From assembly GCA_022641095.1 (NCBI GenBank), contig JALCDB010000004.1:28773-92772 (forward strand): a DNA stretch of 64,000 bases, given 5' to 3'. Each line of letters starts with the position of its first letter. Position 1 is the first letter of the stretch. The notes below the pieces were generated by a model. The model worked only from the letters and a program-made list of their open reading frames with translations. It was not told where the DNA came from and ran no database searches. The position numbers were made by a program, and so were the translations under genes. Source of the DNA: Bacilli bacterium. Its GTDB lineage: Bacteria > Bacillota_I > Bacilli_A > RFN20 > CAG-826. Below, piece after piece: positions 1-11,175 of this stretch.

Positions 1-546
1 AAATACGACGGAACCCGCCATAACATGGGTTTCAAGACTCTTGACAAATTTGCCGATATTTGTTCGGCCTCTTTTGATCGCAAAGGGTTCAACGGACTTT
101 ATGGCATCGTTAAGAACCCAGCCTTACCCGAACCGGTTATCATCGTCAAACCCCAGACATTCATGAACCTTTCCGGCGACTGCGTTCGCCCACTGGCCGA
201 TTATTTTAAAATCGGCATCGACGACATTGTCGTTATCTATGACGACATGGCTTTGCCCGAAGGAACGATTCGTTTGCGGGAAAACGGGTCTAGCGGTGGC
301 CACAAAGGGATGCAAAGCATCATCGAACGCTATGGGTCGGATGCCATTCGCCGCCTCAGAATCGGTATCGGCGAACCGGAATTCCACGACAGCATCGACT
401 ATGTCTTAGGGAAACCAAATGGCGACTCCCTAGCAAAGCTCGAAGAAGCGACGGATCGGGCGGCCAAGGCGTTGCGCGATGTTTTGCTGCGCGGTTTCCC
501 ATATACCATGAGCGTATACAACGCTCCCGAAGGAGGCGCTGTCTGA
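1..546 (+). CDS. pth: peptidyl-tRNA hydrolase (5-prime end upstream of window)
   Basis: The frame is open from nt 1 (KYDGTRHNMGF...). The GTRHN-GF, FMNLSG and GHKG-QSI motifs are typical of Pth, and the gene sits directly upstream of mfd. Confidence 0.9.
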   Translation, partial: KYDGTRHNMGFKTLDKFADICSASFDRKGFNGLYGIVKNPALPEPVIIVKPQTFMNLSGDCVRPLADYFKIGIDDIVVIYDDMALPEGTIRLRENGSSGGHKGMQSIIERYGSDAIRRLRIGIGEPEFHDSIDYVLGKPNGDSLAKLEEATDRAAKALRDVLLRGFPYTMSVYNAPEGGAV

Positions 547-593
547 GCAACTTATTCGATCGTCTTGCCAAAACCCTTCCGATCTCCCCCTTC

Positions 594-3500
594 TTGGACA
601 AAAAGGGGCATTTCGTCATAGATGACACGATAGGGACAGGCCTCCTTTTCGCTTATCTTTTTAGCGAGAGGAAAGACAACTACGCCATCATCAGCCCCAA
701 CCAATACAGCGCTCAAAGGACCTATGAGTTCCTACTCAATTTCTTTCCCGAGGAACAGGTGGTGTTTTTCCCGGCGGACGAGCTTCTCCGCGCCGAGAGC
801 CTGACCTCCAGCCGCGAACTTCTTTCGCAACGGCTATATGCGATGGGCCAATTACTGGAACCCGGTAAAAAGATTTTGGTTGCCCACCCGGCCTCTTTGC
901 TCCGCTTTTTGCCGGATCCCAAGGAATTTGCCTCCAAAGTGATAACGATAAGGAAGGGGTCCAGAAGCGACCTGAATCTCCTTAAATCCAAACTCAGTGA
1001 GCTCGGCTACCTTCGCGTCAATAAAATTGACCAATCTTTGGAGTTTGCTTCCCGAGGCGATGTTTTGGATGTTTTTTCCGTTAATAGTTTGGCTCCGATT
1101 CGCATTGAGTTTTTTGGCGATGAGGTTGATAGCATCCGCCAGTTCGATATCGCCACCCAGGCTTCAGGGGCCGATCTTGACGAGGTCACGATTTTGCCCG
1201 CCACCGAAATGTTGCTTTCCGAGGAAGAGCTGACTTCATTCGCTTCTCGGCTAAAGAAAACGGTCGATGACGATTGCGCCACCCTTCCTCCAACAGAGGC
1301 CGAAACACTGACTTCGAACGTCATGCGAGACCTTGAGGATTTCGTTTCCGGAAATCCGAAACCGACCCTTTACAAATACTATGGATATGCGATTGGATCG
1401 CCATTTTCGGTCCTCTCATATTTCGATCCGAAGATCGTCTTCGTGTCTGACAAAAACAAATTTGCGGAAGCGACTGACTTATTGATTGACGAGAGCCATT
1501 CCTTTTTCGCCGAACTTCATGAAAAACGGCTTTTGCCAACCCATCTTGAGCAATACATGAACGTCGCGAAGGCATTCCCGCAAAGGAGTCGCGTCTTCTA
1601 TGGGTTGAAGTTCGCCGAGAAGCCCGATGACGAGGTCTTCGTGGTGCGACCCATCGTCCCGGCCGGCTCTGGGGTTTCCTTTCTCCTCTTAACGGTGCAA
1701 AGCTATCTTTCGACGTGCGAGAAGATTGTTCTTTGTTTGCCTGACGCCCAATCCATGAAAGTGGCCAAAGATCTTTTTGACGACGCCAAAATACCTTATG
1801 AGGACGTCAAAGGATGGGATTTGCCAATTGGCCATATCGGATTCGCCAAAATCGCCTTAAGTTCGGGTTTTGAGGTTCCTTCTGCCAAAACCGCTTACCT
1901 TTCGGTTTCCGATCTTTTCGGCCGCCACCTTTCGACGAGCCGTTTCACTTCCCGCTTCAAAGACGCGACGATCCTTCGGAGCTTCGAGGATCTCAAGCCA
2001 GGCGATTACGTCGTTCACGAATATGACGGAATCGGCCAATTTCTCGGCATCAAGACATTGGAGATCGAGGGGGTCCATCGCGATTATCTTCAAGTCGCCT
2101 ATGCGGGGAACGAAAAACTGTACGTTCCTTTGGAACAATTCCGTTTGGTTCGAAAGTACGCCGCCCGAGAAGGGGCGGCCCCCCGCTTATCGCACCTATC
2201 GGGTTCCGATTGGAAAAAGAAGAAAGCCAAAATAAAGGAGCGGGTCAACGAGTTGGCCGATCGTTTGTTGGACCTTTATTCCAAACGATCGAAGATCGAT
2301 GGCTTTTCCTTTCCGCCCGACGACGATGAGCAGAGAAGATTCGAGGATGCTTTTCCGTACGAACTCACAAACGATCAGAAAACCTGCCTTGAGGAGATAA
2401 AAAAAGACATGGAAAGGCCCGTTGCTATGGATCGCCTCCTTTCCGGCGATGTGGGATTCGGGAAAACCGAGTTGGCTTTCCGGGCTTGCTACAAAGCTAT
2501 CCTCGGGGGCAAACAGGCCGCGATTCTTTGCCCGACGACTTTGCTCGCCAGGCAACATTATGAAGTGGCCATGGACCGTTTTAGGAATTTTGGCGTTCAG
2601 ATCGCCATTTTCTCCCGACTTGTTCCCGAGGAGATCCAACGGAAAGAAATGAAAGAGGTGCTGCTTGGCAAAATCGATTTGGTCATCGGGACGCATCGCC
2701 TATTAAGCAAAGAAATCAAGTTTCGCGATCTTGGTCTTCTCGTGGTGGATGAGGAGCAGCGTTTTGGGGTCGAGCAAAAGGAACGAATCAAGGAACTGAA
2801 GGCTAACGTGGATGTCTTGACGCTGAGCGCGACCCCGATTCCGCGGACCCTTCAGATGTCGCTCGTCGGTATCCGCCCTTTGAGTCAAATCAACACCGCG
2901 CCTGACAGTCGCATGCCGATTCAGACTTACGTGACTCCATATAAGCCTGATGTCGTTGCGGAACTGATTGGGCGTGAACTCGCCCGAGACGGGCAGGTCT
3001 TTTACGTTCATAACAAAGTCGAGACGATCTATGGGAAAGCCGATCAGATTTCGCGTGATGTCCCTGATGCCAAAATCGGGGTCGTGCATGGACGAATGGA
3101 GAAAAATGAGATCGAAGAGGTGATGGAACGCTTCTACTCAGGCGAAGTGAACGTTCTTGTTTGCACTTCCATAATCGAAAACGGAATCGATGTCCCCAAC
3201 GCGAATATGCTAATTGTGGAAGACGCCGACAAGTTCGGCCTTTCGCAGCTTTACCAAATCAAGGGGCGCGTCGGGCGTGGAGACAGAATCGCTTATGCGT
3301 ATTTGATGTACAAACCGCAAAAAAACATGAACGAGGAAGCCCAAAAGAGATTGCAGGCCATTCAGGAATTCACCGAACTCGGGAGTGGCTACAAAATCGC
3401 TCAACGGGATCTTTTGATTCGGGGGGCTGGCGATATTTTCGGTCCCGAGCAAGCCGGTTTCATTGACACGGTCGGGCTCGATCTTTACCTCAAAATGCTT

Positions 3501-4025
3501 CACGAGGCCGTCAAGGCCAAAACAACTGGCGTGGAGCCGGAGCCACCCAAGCCCAACAAACTGTTCGACATCGATGCCTATATCCCAAAAGAATACGCAA
3601 CCAACAGCGATAAAATCGAATTGTATCAAGACCTTGAGGAAATCAAGGATTCAAAAGGATTGGCCGCTTTTTCGAAACATATGCGGGATGTCTATGGCAA
3701 ACCGCCGCCAGAGGTCACCCTCCTTATCCAGAAAAAGCGAATCGATCTCGTCACCTCCTCCGATGAGTTCCTTTCAATCGATGAGGCGGAGAAGTACGTC
3801 GATATCCAAATGAGCGATTCCTTTACCCGCATTAACGGCATCGGCACCGATCTTTTCAACGAGATAGTGCCATATCTGGAGATTGTTACCATCACCTATT
3901 TAGAGAAGAAACTCCGTTTGCGGATGAGCAAGCGCGAAAAATGGCTCGACGATCTGGAAGCCATCGCCAATTTGATCCATCGGCTCTTTCTTACCGCGCA
4001 AGAAAGGACGCGTGTGCTAAACTAA
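594..4025 (+). CDS. mfd: transcription-repair coupling factor
   Basis: 1143 aa. It has a CarD/TRCF-like segment ([13 protein letters not shown]) and SF2 helicase motifs GDVGFGKTE and VVDEEQRFG, with a conserved C-terminal region. The start is TTG and the frame stays open upstream, so the start is uncertain. Confidence 0.93.
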   Translation: MDKKGHFVIDDTIGTGLLFAYLFSERKDNYAIISPNQYSAQRTYEFLLNFFPEEQVVFFPADELLRAESLTSSRELLSQRLYAMGQLLEPGKKILVAHPASLLRFLPDPKEFASKVITIRKGSRSDLNLLKSKLSELGYLRVNKIDQSLEFASRGDVLDVFSVNSLAPIRIEFFGDEVDSIRQFDIATQASGADLDEVTILPATEMLLSEEELTSFASRLKKTVDDDCATLPPTEAETLTSNVMRDLEDFVSGNPKPTLYKYYGYAIGSPFSVLSYFDPKIVFVSDKNKFAEATDLLIDESHSFFAELHEKRLLPTHLEQYMNVAKAFPQRSRVFYGLKFAEKPDDEVFVVRPIVPAGSGVSFLLLTVQSYLSTCEKIVLCLPDAQSMKVAKDLFDDAKIPYEDVKGWDLPIGHIGFAKIALSSGFEVPSAKTAYLSVSDLFGRHLSTSRFTSRFKDATILRSFEDLKPGDYVVHEYDGIGQFLGIKTLEIEGVHRDYLQVAYAGNEKLYVPLEQFRLVRKYAAREGAAPRLSHLSGSDWKKKKAKIKERVNELADRLLDLYSKRSKIDGFSFPPDDDEQRRFEDAFPYELTNDQKTCLEEIKKDMERPVAMDRLLSGDVGFGKTELAFRACYKAILGGKQAAILCPTTLLARQHYEVAMDRFRNFGVQIAIFSRLVPEEIQRKEMKEVLLGKIDLVIGTHRLLSKEIKFRDLGLLVVDEEQRFGVEQKERIKELKANVDVLTLSATPIPRTLQMSLVGIRPLSQINTAPDSRMPIQTYVTPYKPDVVAELIGRELARDGQVFYVHNKVETIYGKADQISRDVPDAKIGVVHGRMEKNEIEEVMERFYSGEVNVLVCTSIIENGIDVPNANMLIVEDADKFGLSQLYQIKGRVGRGDRIAYAYLMYKPQKNMNEEAQKRLQAIQEFTELGSGYKIAQRDLLIRGAGDIFGPEQAGFIDTVGLDLYLKMLHEAVKAKTTGVEPEPPKPNKLFDIDAYIPKEYATNSDKIELYQDLEEIKDSKGLAAFSKHMRDVYGKPPPEVTLLIQKKRIDLVTSSDEFLSIDEAEKYVDIQMSDSFTRINGIGTDLFNEIVPYLEIVTITYLEKKLRLRMSKREKWLDDLEAIANLIHRLFLTAQERTRVLN

Positions 4026-4031
4026 ACGCTG

Positions 4032-4310
4032 ATGAGGATCGACAAATTTCTAAAAGTCACGCGATTGGTCAAGCGACGGGAGACCGCCAAAGAGCTTTGC
4101 GATGACAACGACGTTGCGATTAATGGCCGGCTTGCCAAACCGATGAGCGAGATAAAAGAGGGCGATGTTTTCTCTCTTGCGCTTGGGCGGCACAAAATCA
4201 AGGCTAAGGTCATATCCGTTCGCCCGTTCGCCAAAAAAGAAGAGGCGTCCAAGATGTATGAGATTATCACCGATGAGGTGGGAGTGAGGCGTCAATATGG
4301 GGATGATTGA
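4032..4310 (+). CDS. S4-domain RNA-binding protein (YabO/Hsp15-like)
   Basis: 92 aa. The N-terminus MRIDKFLKVTRLVKRR matches the S4 alpha-L motif, and the protein is small and basic. Confidence 0.75.
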   Translation: MRIDKFLKVTRLVKRRETAKELCDDNDVAINGRLAKPMSEIKEGDVFSLALGRHKIKAKVISVRPFAKKEEASKMYEIITDEVGVRRQYGDD

Positions 4311-5544
4311 TTTCAAAATCGATCCGGAAGCCAAATATTTGGAGGCGGTCAGTTATGGGCCGGATTCGATGGCTTTGCTCGACATGCTTCTTAAGAGCGG
4401 GGTCAAGCCCATCGTTTGCTTTATTCAATATCATTTAGGCGATGCGATGCTTGATAACGAAGAGAAACTACGCGTGTTTTGCAAGGATAAAGGGCTTATT
4501 TTTGAAGTTTGCGACACAACGGGGATTGAGCGTAAGCCCACCGATGACTATCATGCCTGGGCGCGGGAAGTCCGTTACTCGTTTTTTGAAAAGATGTACG
4601 CCAAATATGAGGCGGCCGCCCTTTTTATAGCCCATCAGCAGGATGATTTGATTGAGACCTATTTGCTTCAAAAGAAAGATCGCAGGAAGGTCAATTATTA
4701 TGGGCTCTCCAAAATCAACGCCTACCATGGCATGATCGTCGTTCGCCCGCTTTTGAATTTTTCCAAGGAAGACCTGAGGGAATACGATGTCGAGAATGCG
4801 GTCCCCTTCTCCGATGACACCAACAAGTTGGAGGACCGTTACACCAGAAACGAAATACGCGGGAGTCTTATCAGCAACATGAACGAGGTCGAGCGTGGTC
4901 AGATCCTCGACGAAATCGCTGGCACAAATAGCGATAAAATCGCTTTTATGAACCACATCAATAGCGAATCGACGAAAGAAAACGAACTTGAAATCCGGGC
5001 CATCATGGCGCTTTCTCACGACGAATTCGCCGAAACGCTGATTCGTTTCGTCAACAATTCACCCGTTCGCGTAACCCTTAATCCGGCGAAGATTCAAGCC
5101 ATTCGCAAGATGTGCCTCGATCAGGAACCGAACATGACTTATAAACTGAAGGACAAATTCTACTTGGTAAAGGAATATGACACTTTGACCATTGAAACCG
5201 ATCCGAGTGAATTGCCTTATACGTATATTCTCGAAAAACCGGGCAAACTCTCGAATGAAAACTTCGATTTGGACTTTTCTAGCGGAGCGGAGGATCGGGG
5301 AATCCACGCCGATGACTATCCACTTACGATTCGGACGGCCATACCTAGCGACGTTTATATCTATGGCGGTTATTTGGTTCCTGTTCGCAAGATGTTCAAG
5401 GAAGCTGGGCTTCCAGCGGAACTTCTAACAATTTGGCCGGTGTTCGTGAACAAAAGCGGGAAAATAGTTTATGTTCCCCGTTACCGAAAAGGATTCACGG
5501 AATACCATTCCTCGGTTTTGAACATTCACGTCAAAAAGGACTAA
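4297..5544 (+). CDS. tilS: tRNA(Ile)-lysidine synthetase-like PP-loop ATPase
   Basis: 415 aa. The N-terminal PP-loop region reads AVSYGPDSMALLDML, compared with the canonical SGGxDS. The gene lies before ftsH as in Bacillota and overlaps the S4 gene by 14 nt. Confidence 0.75.
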   Translation: MGMIDFKIDPEAKYLEAVSYGPDSMALLDMLLKSGVKPIVCFIQYHLGDAMLDNEEKLRVFCKDKGLIFEVCDTTGIERKPTDDYHAWAREVRYSFFEKMYAKYEAAALFIAHQQDDLIETYLLQKKDRRKVNYYGLSKINAYHGMIVVRPLLNFSKEDLREYDVENAVPFSDDTNKLEDRYTRNEIRGSLISNMNEVERGQILDEIAGTNSDKIAFMNHINSESTKENELEIRAIMALSHDEFAETLIRFVNNSPVRVTLNPAKIQAIRKMCLDQEPNMTYKLKDKFYLVKEYDTLTIETDPSELPYTYILEKPGKLSNENFDLDFSSGAEDRGIHADDYPLTIRTAIPSDVYIYGGYLVPVRKMFKEAGLPAELLTIWPVFVNKSGKIVYVPRYRKGFTEYHSSVLNIHVKKD

Positions 5545-5578
5545 AATGTTGCAAATTTGATTAAAACAGTCAAAAGTC

Positions 5579-5652
5579 GGAGCCTTTTGTTTGTTGTCGC
5601 TCTCGCGTGGGTGTATTGTGCGTGTATACGAGAGCGCCGACAAAACCGCTCC
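5579..5652 (+). other. long imperfect stem-loop in the tilS-ftsH spacer
   Basis: The left arm ggagc..ttttg..tcg..ctctcg pairs with the right arm cgagag..cga..caaaa..gctcc, about 19 bp in total around a 23-nt loop. No T-tract follows. Confidence 0.5.
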
Positions 5653-5687
5653 ATTAGGGGTTAATTAGAGACGAACGGGAGGAGAAC

Positions 5688-7859
5688 ATGAACGATAACA
5701 AGAACAAGCGAAGCGCTTTTGGGGCAATTTGGCCCTACCTATTCATCGCCATCGTGCTTTGCTTATTGGTCACTTACGCGATTGTCAATCTGACTGGTTC
5801 TGGAACCACCTGGACTGCCGATCAACTCGATACGATCCTTCGCGTTGACGGCAACTACGATAAGAACAGTTCGGTTTTTGTCAAGACCGCGAACGTCCAA
5901 GAGAGCCGTCGCACGGTCAAAGTCACCGGTCAGGCTTATATGTATGCCAATGCCGACAAAACCTATAGTTACACCGTCGAAATCGAACGCGAGAAATGGA
6001 ATTCGCCTTTCGATGTCACGAAAGTTGAGGAAGACGGCACCGTCACAGTCGTGACGGCCAACGGACACGCGAGTTGGTCCACGATTTTTTCGGCCCGAAT
6101 CGACGAATGGAACAACAACGCCACCTTGAAGCAAAATTATGGCTCCGGCTATTTCCAGGTGGTGGATATCTATGCGACCAATTGGTGGACCGAATGGGGC
6201 CCAACCATCATCTTGATTTTGGGCGTCACCATCATTGGCATCATTTTCTTCGTGCGTCTTAATGGTTCCGTCAATGGAGCCAATCGCCAAGCGATGGATT
6301 TCAACAAATCGCCGGCTCGTCGAGAAGACGCCAGCAAAATTCGTTTCACCGACGTCGCCGGATGCGATGAGGAAAAGGCTGAGATGGTCGAAATGGTCGA
6401 TTATCTCCGCCAGCCCAAGAAGTATTCCAAATTCGGCGCCAGACTTCCTAAAGGCGTCCTCCTTATCGGCCCTCCGGGCACCGGGAAAACCTTGCTCGCA
6501 AAGGCGGTAGCCGGCGAAGCCGGCGTCCCCTTCTATAGCATTTCCGGTTCCGATTTCGTCGAAATGTTCGTCGGCGTTGGCGCCGGACGTGTCCGCGACC
6601 TCTTCAAACGCGCTAAGCAAACCGCCCCTTGCATAGTTTTCATCGATGAAATCGATGCCGTTGGTCGCCAGCGTGGAGCCGGCATGGGCGGCGGGAATGA
6701 TGAGCGCGAGCAAACCCTCAATCAGTTGCTCGTCGAAATGGATGGATTCGAGTACAATTCCGGCATTCTCGTCATCGCCGCGACCAACCGCGACGATGTC
6801 CTTGACCCCGCCCTTCTCCGTCCGGGTCGTTTCGACCGCATCATCACCGTCTCTCTCCCCAACGCCGCCGGCCGTGAAGCCATTTTCAAAGTGCATGCCA
6901 GAAACAAGAAAATCGATCCGAGCGTCGACTTCAAGGCTTTGGCAAAGCGCACCGTCGGATTCTCTGGCGCCGATATTGAGAACATCCTTAACGAAGCCGC
7001 CATTTTGGCCGTTCGTTTCAATAAGGACGACGTTGGCATGTCCGAAATCGACGAGGCGATCGATCGCCGCATAGCCGGTCCGGCCAAGAGCGGCAAAGGC
7101 ATGAACGACCAAGAACGGAAGGAAGTGGCTTTCCACGAGGCCGGCCATGCCGTTATCGGCTTGGTTTTGCCTTATAGCGAGAAGGTCCAAAAAATCACCA
7201 TCATCCCGCGTGGGCGTACCGGTGGGCATGTCCTGATGGCCCCGGAGGACGATCGTTTCCTTTTGACCAAGAAAGAGTTGTTGGCTCAAATCACCGGCCT
7301 CTTGGGTGGGCGCGCTTCCGAGGAAATTTTCTTCGACGACATCTCAACGGGAGCCGAAAACGATATCCAGCAGGCGACTAAAATCGCTCGTATGATGGTC
7401 ACTTCGTTTGGCATGTCCGAGTTGGGTCCGATTCAGTATGAGAACGATCAGGGTTCGGTTTTCCTTGGTCGCGATTACACTAACGTTCAACGCAACTTCT
7501 CCTCGGAGGTGGCCTTTGAGATCGACAAGGCGGTTCGCCAGATCATCGACAACGCTCACGAACACGCCAAGAAGATCCTCACCGAACACAAGAAGGACGT
7601 TATTCTTATCGCCGATACTTTACTTGAGAAGGAGACCATCACCGCCGAGGAGATCGATTCCTTGGTCAAAATAGGCACCCTCCCCACCAAGAAGAAGGCC
7701 GAAGTTCGGGTCGTCGACAAAGAAGCTTCTCAGGTTTTCGATACTGATCCTCAAACTAAAAAAACACCTGCCAAGAAGCCCATCAAACCGAAGGTGACCC
7801 ATAAAGCCGCTCCCAAAACGCCAAAGGCCGACGATAGGGCCGACAAAGGAAGCAAATAA
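5688..7859 (+). CDS. ftsH: ATP-dependent zinc metalloprotease FtsH
   Basis: 723 aa. It has two TM segments, AAA+ Walker A GPPGTGKT, Walker B IVFIDEID, the SRH region and the zinc motif HEAGHA. The RBS gggagga lies upstream. Confidence 0.97.
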   Translation: MNDNKNKRSAFGAIWPYLFIAIVLCLLVTYAIVNLTGSGTTWTADQLDTILRVDGNYDKNSSVFVKTANVQESRRTVKVTGQAYMYANADKTYSYTVEIEREKWNSPFDVTKVEEDGTVTVVTANGHASWSTIFSARIDEWNNNATLKQNYGSGYFQVVDIYATNWWTEWGPTIILILGVTIIGIIFFVRLNGSVNGANRQAMDFNKSPARREDASKIRFTDVAGCDEEKAEMVEMVDYLRQPKKYSKFGARLPKGVLLIGPPGTGKTLLAKAVAGEAGVPFYSISGSDFVEMFVGVGAGRVRDLFKRAKQTAPCIVFIDEIDAVGRQRGAGMGGGNDEREQTLNQLLVEMDGFEYNSGILVIAATNRDDVLDPALLRPGRFDRIITVSLPNAAGREAIFKVHARNKKIDPSVDFKALAKRTVGFSGADIENILNEAAILAVRFNKDDVGMSEIDEAIDRRIAGPAKSGKGMNDQERKEVAFHEAGHAVIGLVLPYSEKVQKITIIPRGRTGGHVLMAPEDDRFLLTKKELLAQITGLLGGRASEEIFFDDISTGAENDIQQATKIARMMVTSFGMSELGPIQYENDQGSVFLGRDYTNVQRNFSSEVAFEIDKAVRQIIDNAHEHAKKILTEHKKDVILIADTLLEKETITAEEIDSLVKIGTLPTKKKAEVRVVDKEASQVFDTDPQTKKTPAKKPIKPKVTHKAAPKTPKADDRADKGSK

Positions 7860-7890
7860 AAGAGGGCCGCAAGGCCTTCTTTCTTTATCC

Positions 7891-8883
7891 ATGGCAAACT
7901 TCCATGAATTTGACATAGGTGGCATTCGCATCGGGGGCCCTGTGGTTTTGGGTCCCATGGCGGGCGTAACGTCTTTGGCCTATCGGGATTTCATGAAGCC
8001 CTTTGGGGTCGCCTTGTCGTATTCGGAAATGATTTCGGATTATGGTTTGGTCTACGGTAACAAAGAAACCTTATCTTACTGCATGACCTCCAAAACCGAT
8101 CGACCGGTGGGGCTGCAACTTTTCGGCAATGACGTCGAAATAACCAAAAAGGCCATCTCCATCCTTGAAAAAGACTACGACTATGACATTCTTGATATCA
8201 ATTTAGGATGCCCGGTCTATAAAGTCACGAAAACGGGCGCCGGCAGCGCTTGGCTCAGAAACCCCGCTGGGCTTTACGAATATATGAGGGCGGTTGTGGG
8301 CGTCTCGCATAAGCCTGTTACGGCTAAAATTCGTTTGGGGTGGGACGAATCGTCGCTGAACTTTGAAACGGTTTGCGAAGTCCTCGAAAGAGCGGGCGTC
8401 AAAGCCATCTCGATTCATTCGCGAACCTCTAAGCAAGGCTATAGCGGGTCGGCCCGTCATGAACTTTTGGCCGGCTTAGGGGGACGACTATCGGTCCCTC
8501 TCGTCATCAGCGGCGACATCAACGATCCTCTTAAGGCGGGCCGGTGGATGGAACTCACCGGCGCCAAAGCCGTCATGGTCGCCCGGGGCGGAGTCGGCAA
8601 TCCATGGTTAGTCTCCGCGATAAACTCGCAAATTACGCGCGGATCAGCCATCAAGAGATTTTCGCTTGAGCGGCAAGTGGACTTCGCTTCCAGTTTTGCG
8701 GAGAGCCTCATCGCCGAAAAAGGGGAACGGGTCGCCATCATGCGACTTCGTGGCCTTTTGCCTCATTTTTTCGCTGGATACCCAGGTTCGAAACGCTTAT
8801 CGATCGAGGTTTCGCAAACCATGGCATCGGTTGAAGACCTTCATAAGACCATGGAAGGAATCCGCGTTCGCGGGCATCTTTGA
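7891..8883 (+). CDS. dus: tRNA-dihydrouridine synthase
   Basis: 330 aa. The LGPMAGVT, DINLGCP and K-IRLGWD motifs belong to the Dus family TIM barrel. Confidence 0.88.
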   Translation: MANFHEFDIGGIRIGGPVVLGPMAGVTSLAYRDFMKPFGVALSYSEMISDYGLVYGNKETLSYCMTSKTDRPVGLQLFGNDVEITKKAISILEKDYDYDILDINLGCPVYKVTKTGAGSAWLRNPAGLYEYMRAVVGVSHKPVTAKIRLGWDESSLNFETVCEVLERAGVKAISIHSRTSKQGYSGSARHELLAGLGGRLSVPLVISGDINDPLKAGRWMELTGAKAVMVARGGVGNPWLVSAINSQITRGSAIKRFSLERQVDFASSFAESLIAEKGERVAIMRLRGLLPHFFAGYPGSKRLSIEVSQTMASVEDLHKTMEGIRVRGHL

Positions 8884-8903
8884 TTTTTTTCGCGTTTTGC
8901 TGT

Positions 8904-8931
8904 TGCATTTATCCGATCTCAAAGTAGAATA
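8904..8931 (+). promoter_or_regulatory. candidate sigma-70 promoter of the marR-ABC operon
   Basis: TTGCAT, a 16-nt spacer, then TAGAAT. A 5-bp dyad (gttcg tacc cgaac) follows immediately and could be an operator. Confidence 0.4.
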
Positions 8932-8948
8932 GTTCGTACCCGAACGAA

Positions 8949-9416
8949 ATGTTCCGGGTTTTATTTATGAGGAAAGAAGAAAAACCATTAGGTGCGGAAA
9001 TCCGCGTAACCAATAATTTGATCAAGGCTTATATCGATCGAACCCTCAATACCCGACTTAAGGAAAACCTTACTGGCATCGAGGGGATGATCTTGGGCTT
9101 TCTTTTCCGTCACCCCGATTTGAAATTGACGTCCAAGGATATCATGGATCGAAGCCGGGGCAGCAAAGCCACTACGTCTCAATCCGTTAACGGATTGGTG
9201 AAGAAGGGGTATATCGAAATGGTCGTTTCCTCCGTTGATCACCGGAAGAAAATCATTCACCTAACGGAGAAGGGGATCGCGGTGGAAGGCGAATTCAAAG
9301 AGATCTTCAAAGGAATCACCGCCCAAATCAAAAACGGAGTCAGTTCCGAGGAAGAGGCGCTGGTCCGCCGGATTTTGGCTCGCATTAGGGACAACGTAAG
9401 CGGAGATAAGGATTGA
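8949..9416 (+). CDS. MarR-family transcriptional regulator
   Basis: 155 aa. A winged-HTH region (KATTSQSVNGLVKKGYIEM..DHRKK) is present, and the gene precedes two ABC exporter genes. The start may be the internal ATG at 8967. Confidence 0.8.
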   Translation: MFRVLFMRKEEKPLGAEIRVTNNLIKAYIDRTLNTRLKENLTGIEGMILGFLFRHPDLKLTSKDIMDRSRGSKATTSQSVNGLVKKGYIEMVVSSVDHRKKIIHLTEKGIAVEGEFKEIFKGITAQIKNGVSSEEEALVRRILARIRDNVSGDKD

Positions 9417-9417
9417 C

Positions 9418-11175
9418 ATGGTGACCTTTAAACGTTTGTTCTCATTTATCAGGAATTATTGGAAGGACACGATTCTCACTTGGGTTTTCGTTCTTTTCGA
9501 AAGCGCATGCGAGATTTTGGTGGTCTTTTTCACGCGTTACCTGATTGACGCGGTCGATCACGCGAGCGACGTCGACAGCCTTAATCGGATCTATCTCTAC
9601 TCCGGAATTATCGCCGGTTTAGCGATTTCCGCGGCGGTTTTTGGCATTTTGGCTGGTATTTTCTCGGCGTCGGCCTCCGTTGGTTTTGGCACGAACCTTC
9701 GCAAAGCGATGTTCGTTCAGATTCAGAAGTACTCTTTTAAGAATATCGACAAATTCTCCACGAGTTCCATCGTCACGAGAACGACGACCGACGTCACGAA
9801 CGTCCAAAACGCTTTTTTGCAGGCCATCCGCGCCGTTATCAGAGCTCCGTTCATGATGGTTTTCTCCCTTATCATGTGCTTCGTGATCGAATGGAAACTC
9901 GCATGGATTTTCCTTGTTATCGTGCCAGTTATTTTGGCGGGCCTGATTTACATTGCCAAAAAGGTTCACCCGATTTTCGTTCGCGTTTTCAATACCTACG
10001 ATAAACTGAATCAAAACGTCGAAGAATCGGTCGATGGCATCCGGACCGTCAAATCCTTTAATCGCGAGGACAAACAAGAAAGCGAGTTCCATGGCATCTC
10101 CGGTTTCATTTACAAGAATTTCGTCCGCGCCGAAAAAATCTTGGCCTTCAACGGCCCCCTTCTCAATTTCGCCATCTATACGGCGATTATTCTCATTTCG
10201 TGGCTTGGCGCCAAACTGATCGTCAGCACCGGCGGGGTGGAAATGAACGTCGGCGATTTTTCGTCCCTTATTACCTTCGTCATGGTCATCATGATGTCCC
10301 TCATGATGGTTTCGATGGTCTTCGTCATGCTCATGGTCGGCCGAAACAGCGCCGAACGCATCGTTGAAATCATCGATGAGCGACCAGACATCGTCAGTCC
10401 GAGGGACGCCGTTATGAAAATCAAAGATGGCTCGGTTGACTTTAACCATGTCTATTTTTCCTACGATGGGAAACATGACATTCTTCAGGATATCGATTTT
10501 CATTTTAAGAGTGGTGAAATGGTCGGCATCTTAGGTTCAACCGGTTCGGGTAAGTCAACGATGGTATCGCTTATTGCGCGCTTATATGACGCGACAAAAG
10601 GCCAAGTGGAGGTTGGAGGACTCGATGTCAGAAAGTACGATCTCGCCGCTTTGCGCGACTCTGTGGCGGTGGTCCTTCAAAAAAACACCCTTTTCACCGG
10701 TACCATTCGGGACAATCTCAAATGGGGCGATGCCGCTGCAAGCGACGACGAAATAATGAAAGCGTGCGGGGTGGCGCAAGTAACGCCGTTTCTCGAAGAT
10801 ATGCCAAAGGGCCTTGACACCATGATCGACGAGGGGGGCACGAACGTATCAGGCGGCCAAAAGCAGCGTCTTTGCATTGCCAGAGCCATTCTAAAGAATC
10901 CGAAGGTGCTGATTCTCGATGACAGCACTTCGGCTTGCGATACGCATACGGACGCGCTTATTAGGAGCGCGCTTCAAAGCGAGCGGGAGGATATAACGAA
11001 ATTTATCATCGCTCAGCGCGTTCTTTCGGTAAAGGACTGCGAGATCATTCTTGTCATGAACGAAGGCAGAATCGTCGCGTTTGGGTCGAGCCAAGAACTC
11101 TTAAGGACCTGCGCGGTCTACAAGGAACTGTATTTGTCGCAGTTGGGGGGAGGCGATTTCGATGCCGCGAATTAA
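9418..11175 (+). CDS. ABC exporter, fused permease/ATPase (heterodimer subunit 1)
   Basis: 585 aa. An N-terminal 6-TM domain is followed by Walker A GSTGSGKST, signature VSGGQKQR and Walker B LILDD. Confidence 0.9.
   Translation: MVTFKRLFSFIRNYWKDTILTWVFVLFESACEILVVFFTRYLIDAVDHASDVDSLNRIYLYSGIIAGLAISAAVFGILAGIFSASASVGFGTNLRKAMFVQIQKYSFKNIDKFSTSSIVTRTTTDVTNVQNAFLQAIRAVIRAPFMMVFSLIMCFVIEWKLAWIFLVIVPVILAGLIYIAKKVHPIFVRVFNTYDKLNQNVEESVDGIRTVKSFNREDKQESEFHGISGFIYKNFVRAEKILAFNGPLLNFAIYTAIILISWLGAKLIVSTGGVEMNVGDFSSLITFVMVIMMSLMMVSMVFVMLMVGRNSAERIVEIIDERPDIVSPRDAVMKIKDGSVDFNHVYFSYDGKHDILQDIDFHFKSGEMVGILGSTGSGKSTMVSLIARLYDATKGQVEVGGLDVRKYDLAALRDSVAVVLQKNTLFTGTIRDNLKWGDAAASDDEIMKACGVAQVTPFLEDMPKGLDTMIDEGGTNVSGGQKQRLCIARAILKNPKVLILDDSTSACDTHTDALIRSALQSEREDITKFIIAQRVLSVKDCEIILVMNEGRIVAFGSSQELLRTCAVYKELYLSQLGGGDFDAAN

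Noticed and set aside
5763-7289. A 508-aa ORF lies antisense to ftsH.
   Set aside because: It sits entirely inside the high-confidence ftsH CDS on the opposite strand. Its composition is low-complexity and rich in Gly, Asp and Ala. It is a typical shadow ORF produced by codon bias.
7860-7890. A possible terminator follows ftsH (ggcc-gcaa-ggcc plus T-rich tail).
   Set aside because: The stem is only 4-5 bp and the dus ATG follows within 15 nt, so it is too weak to call.
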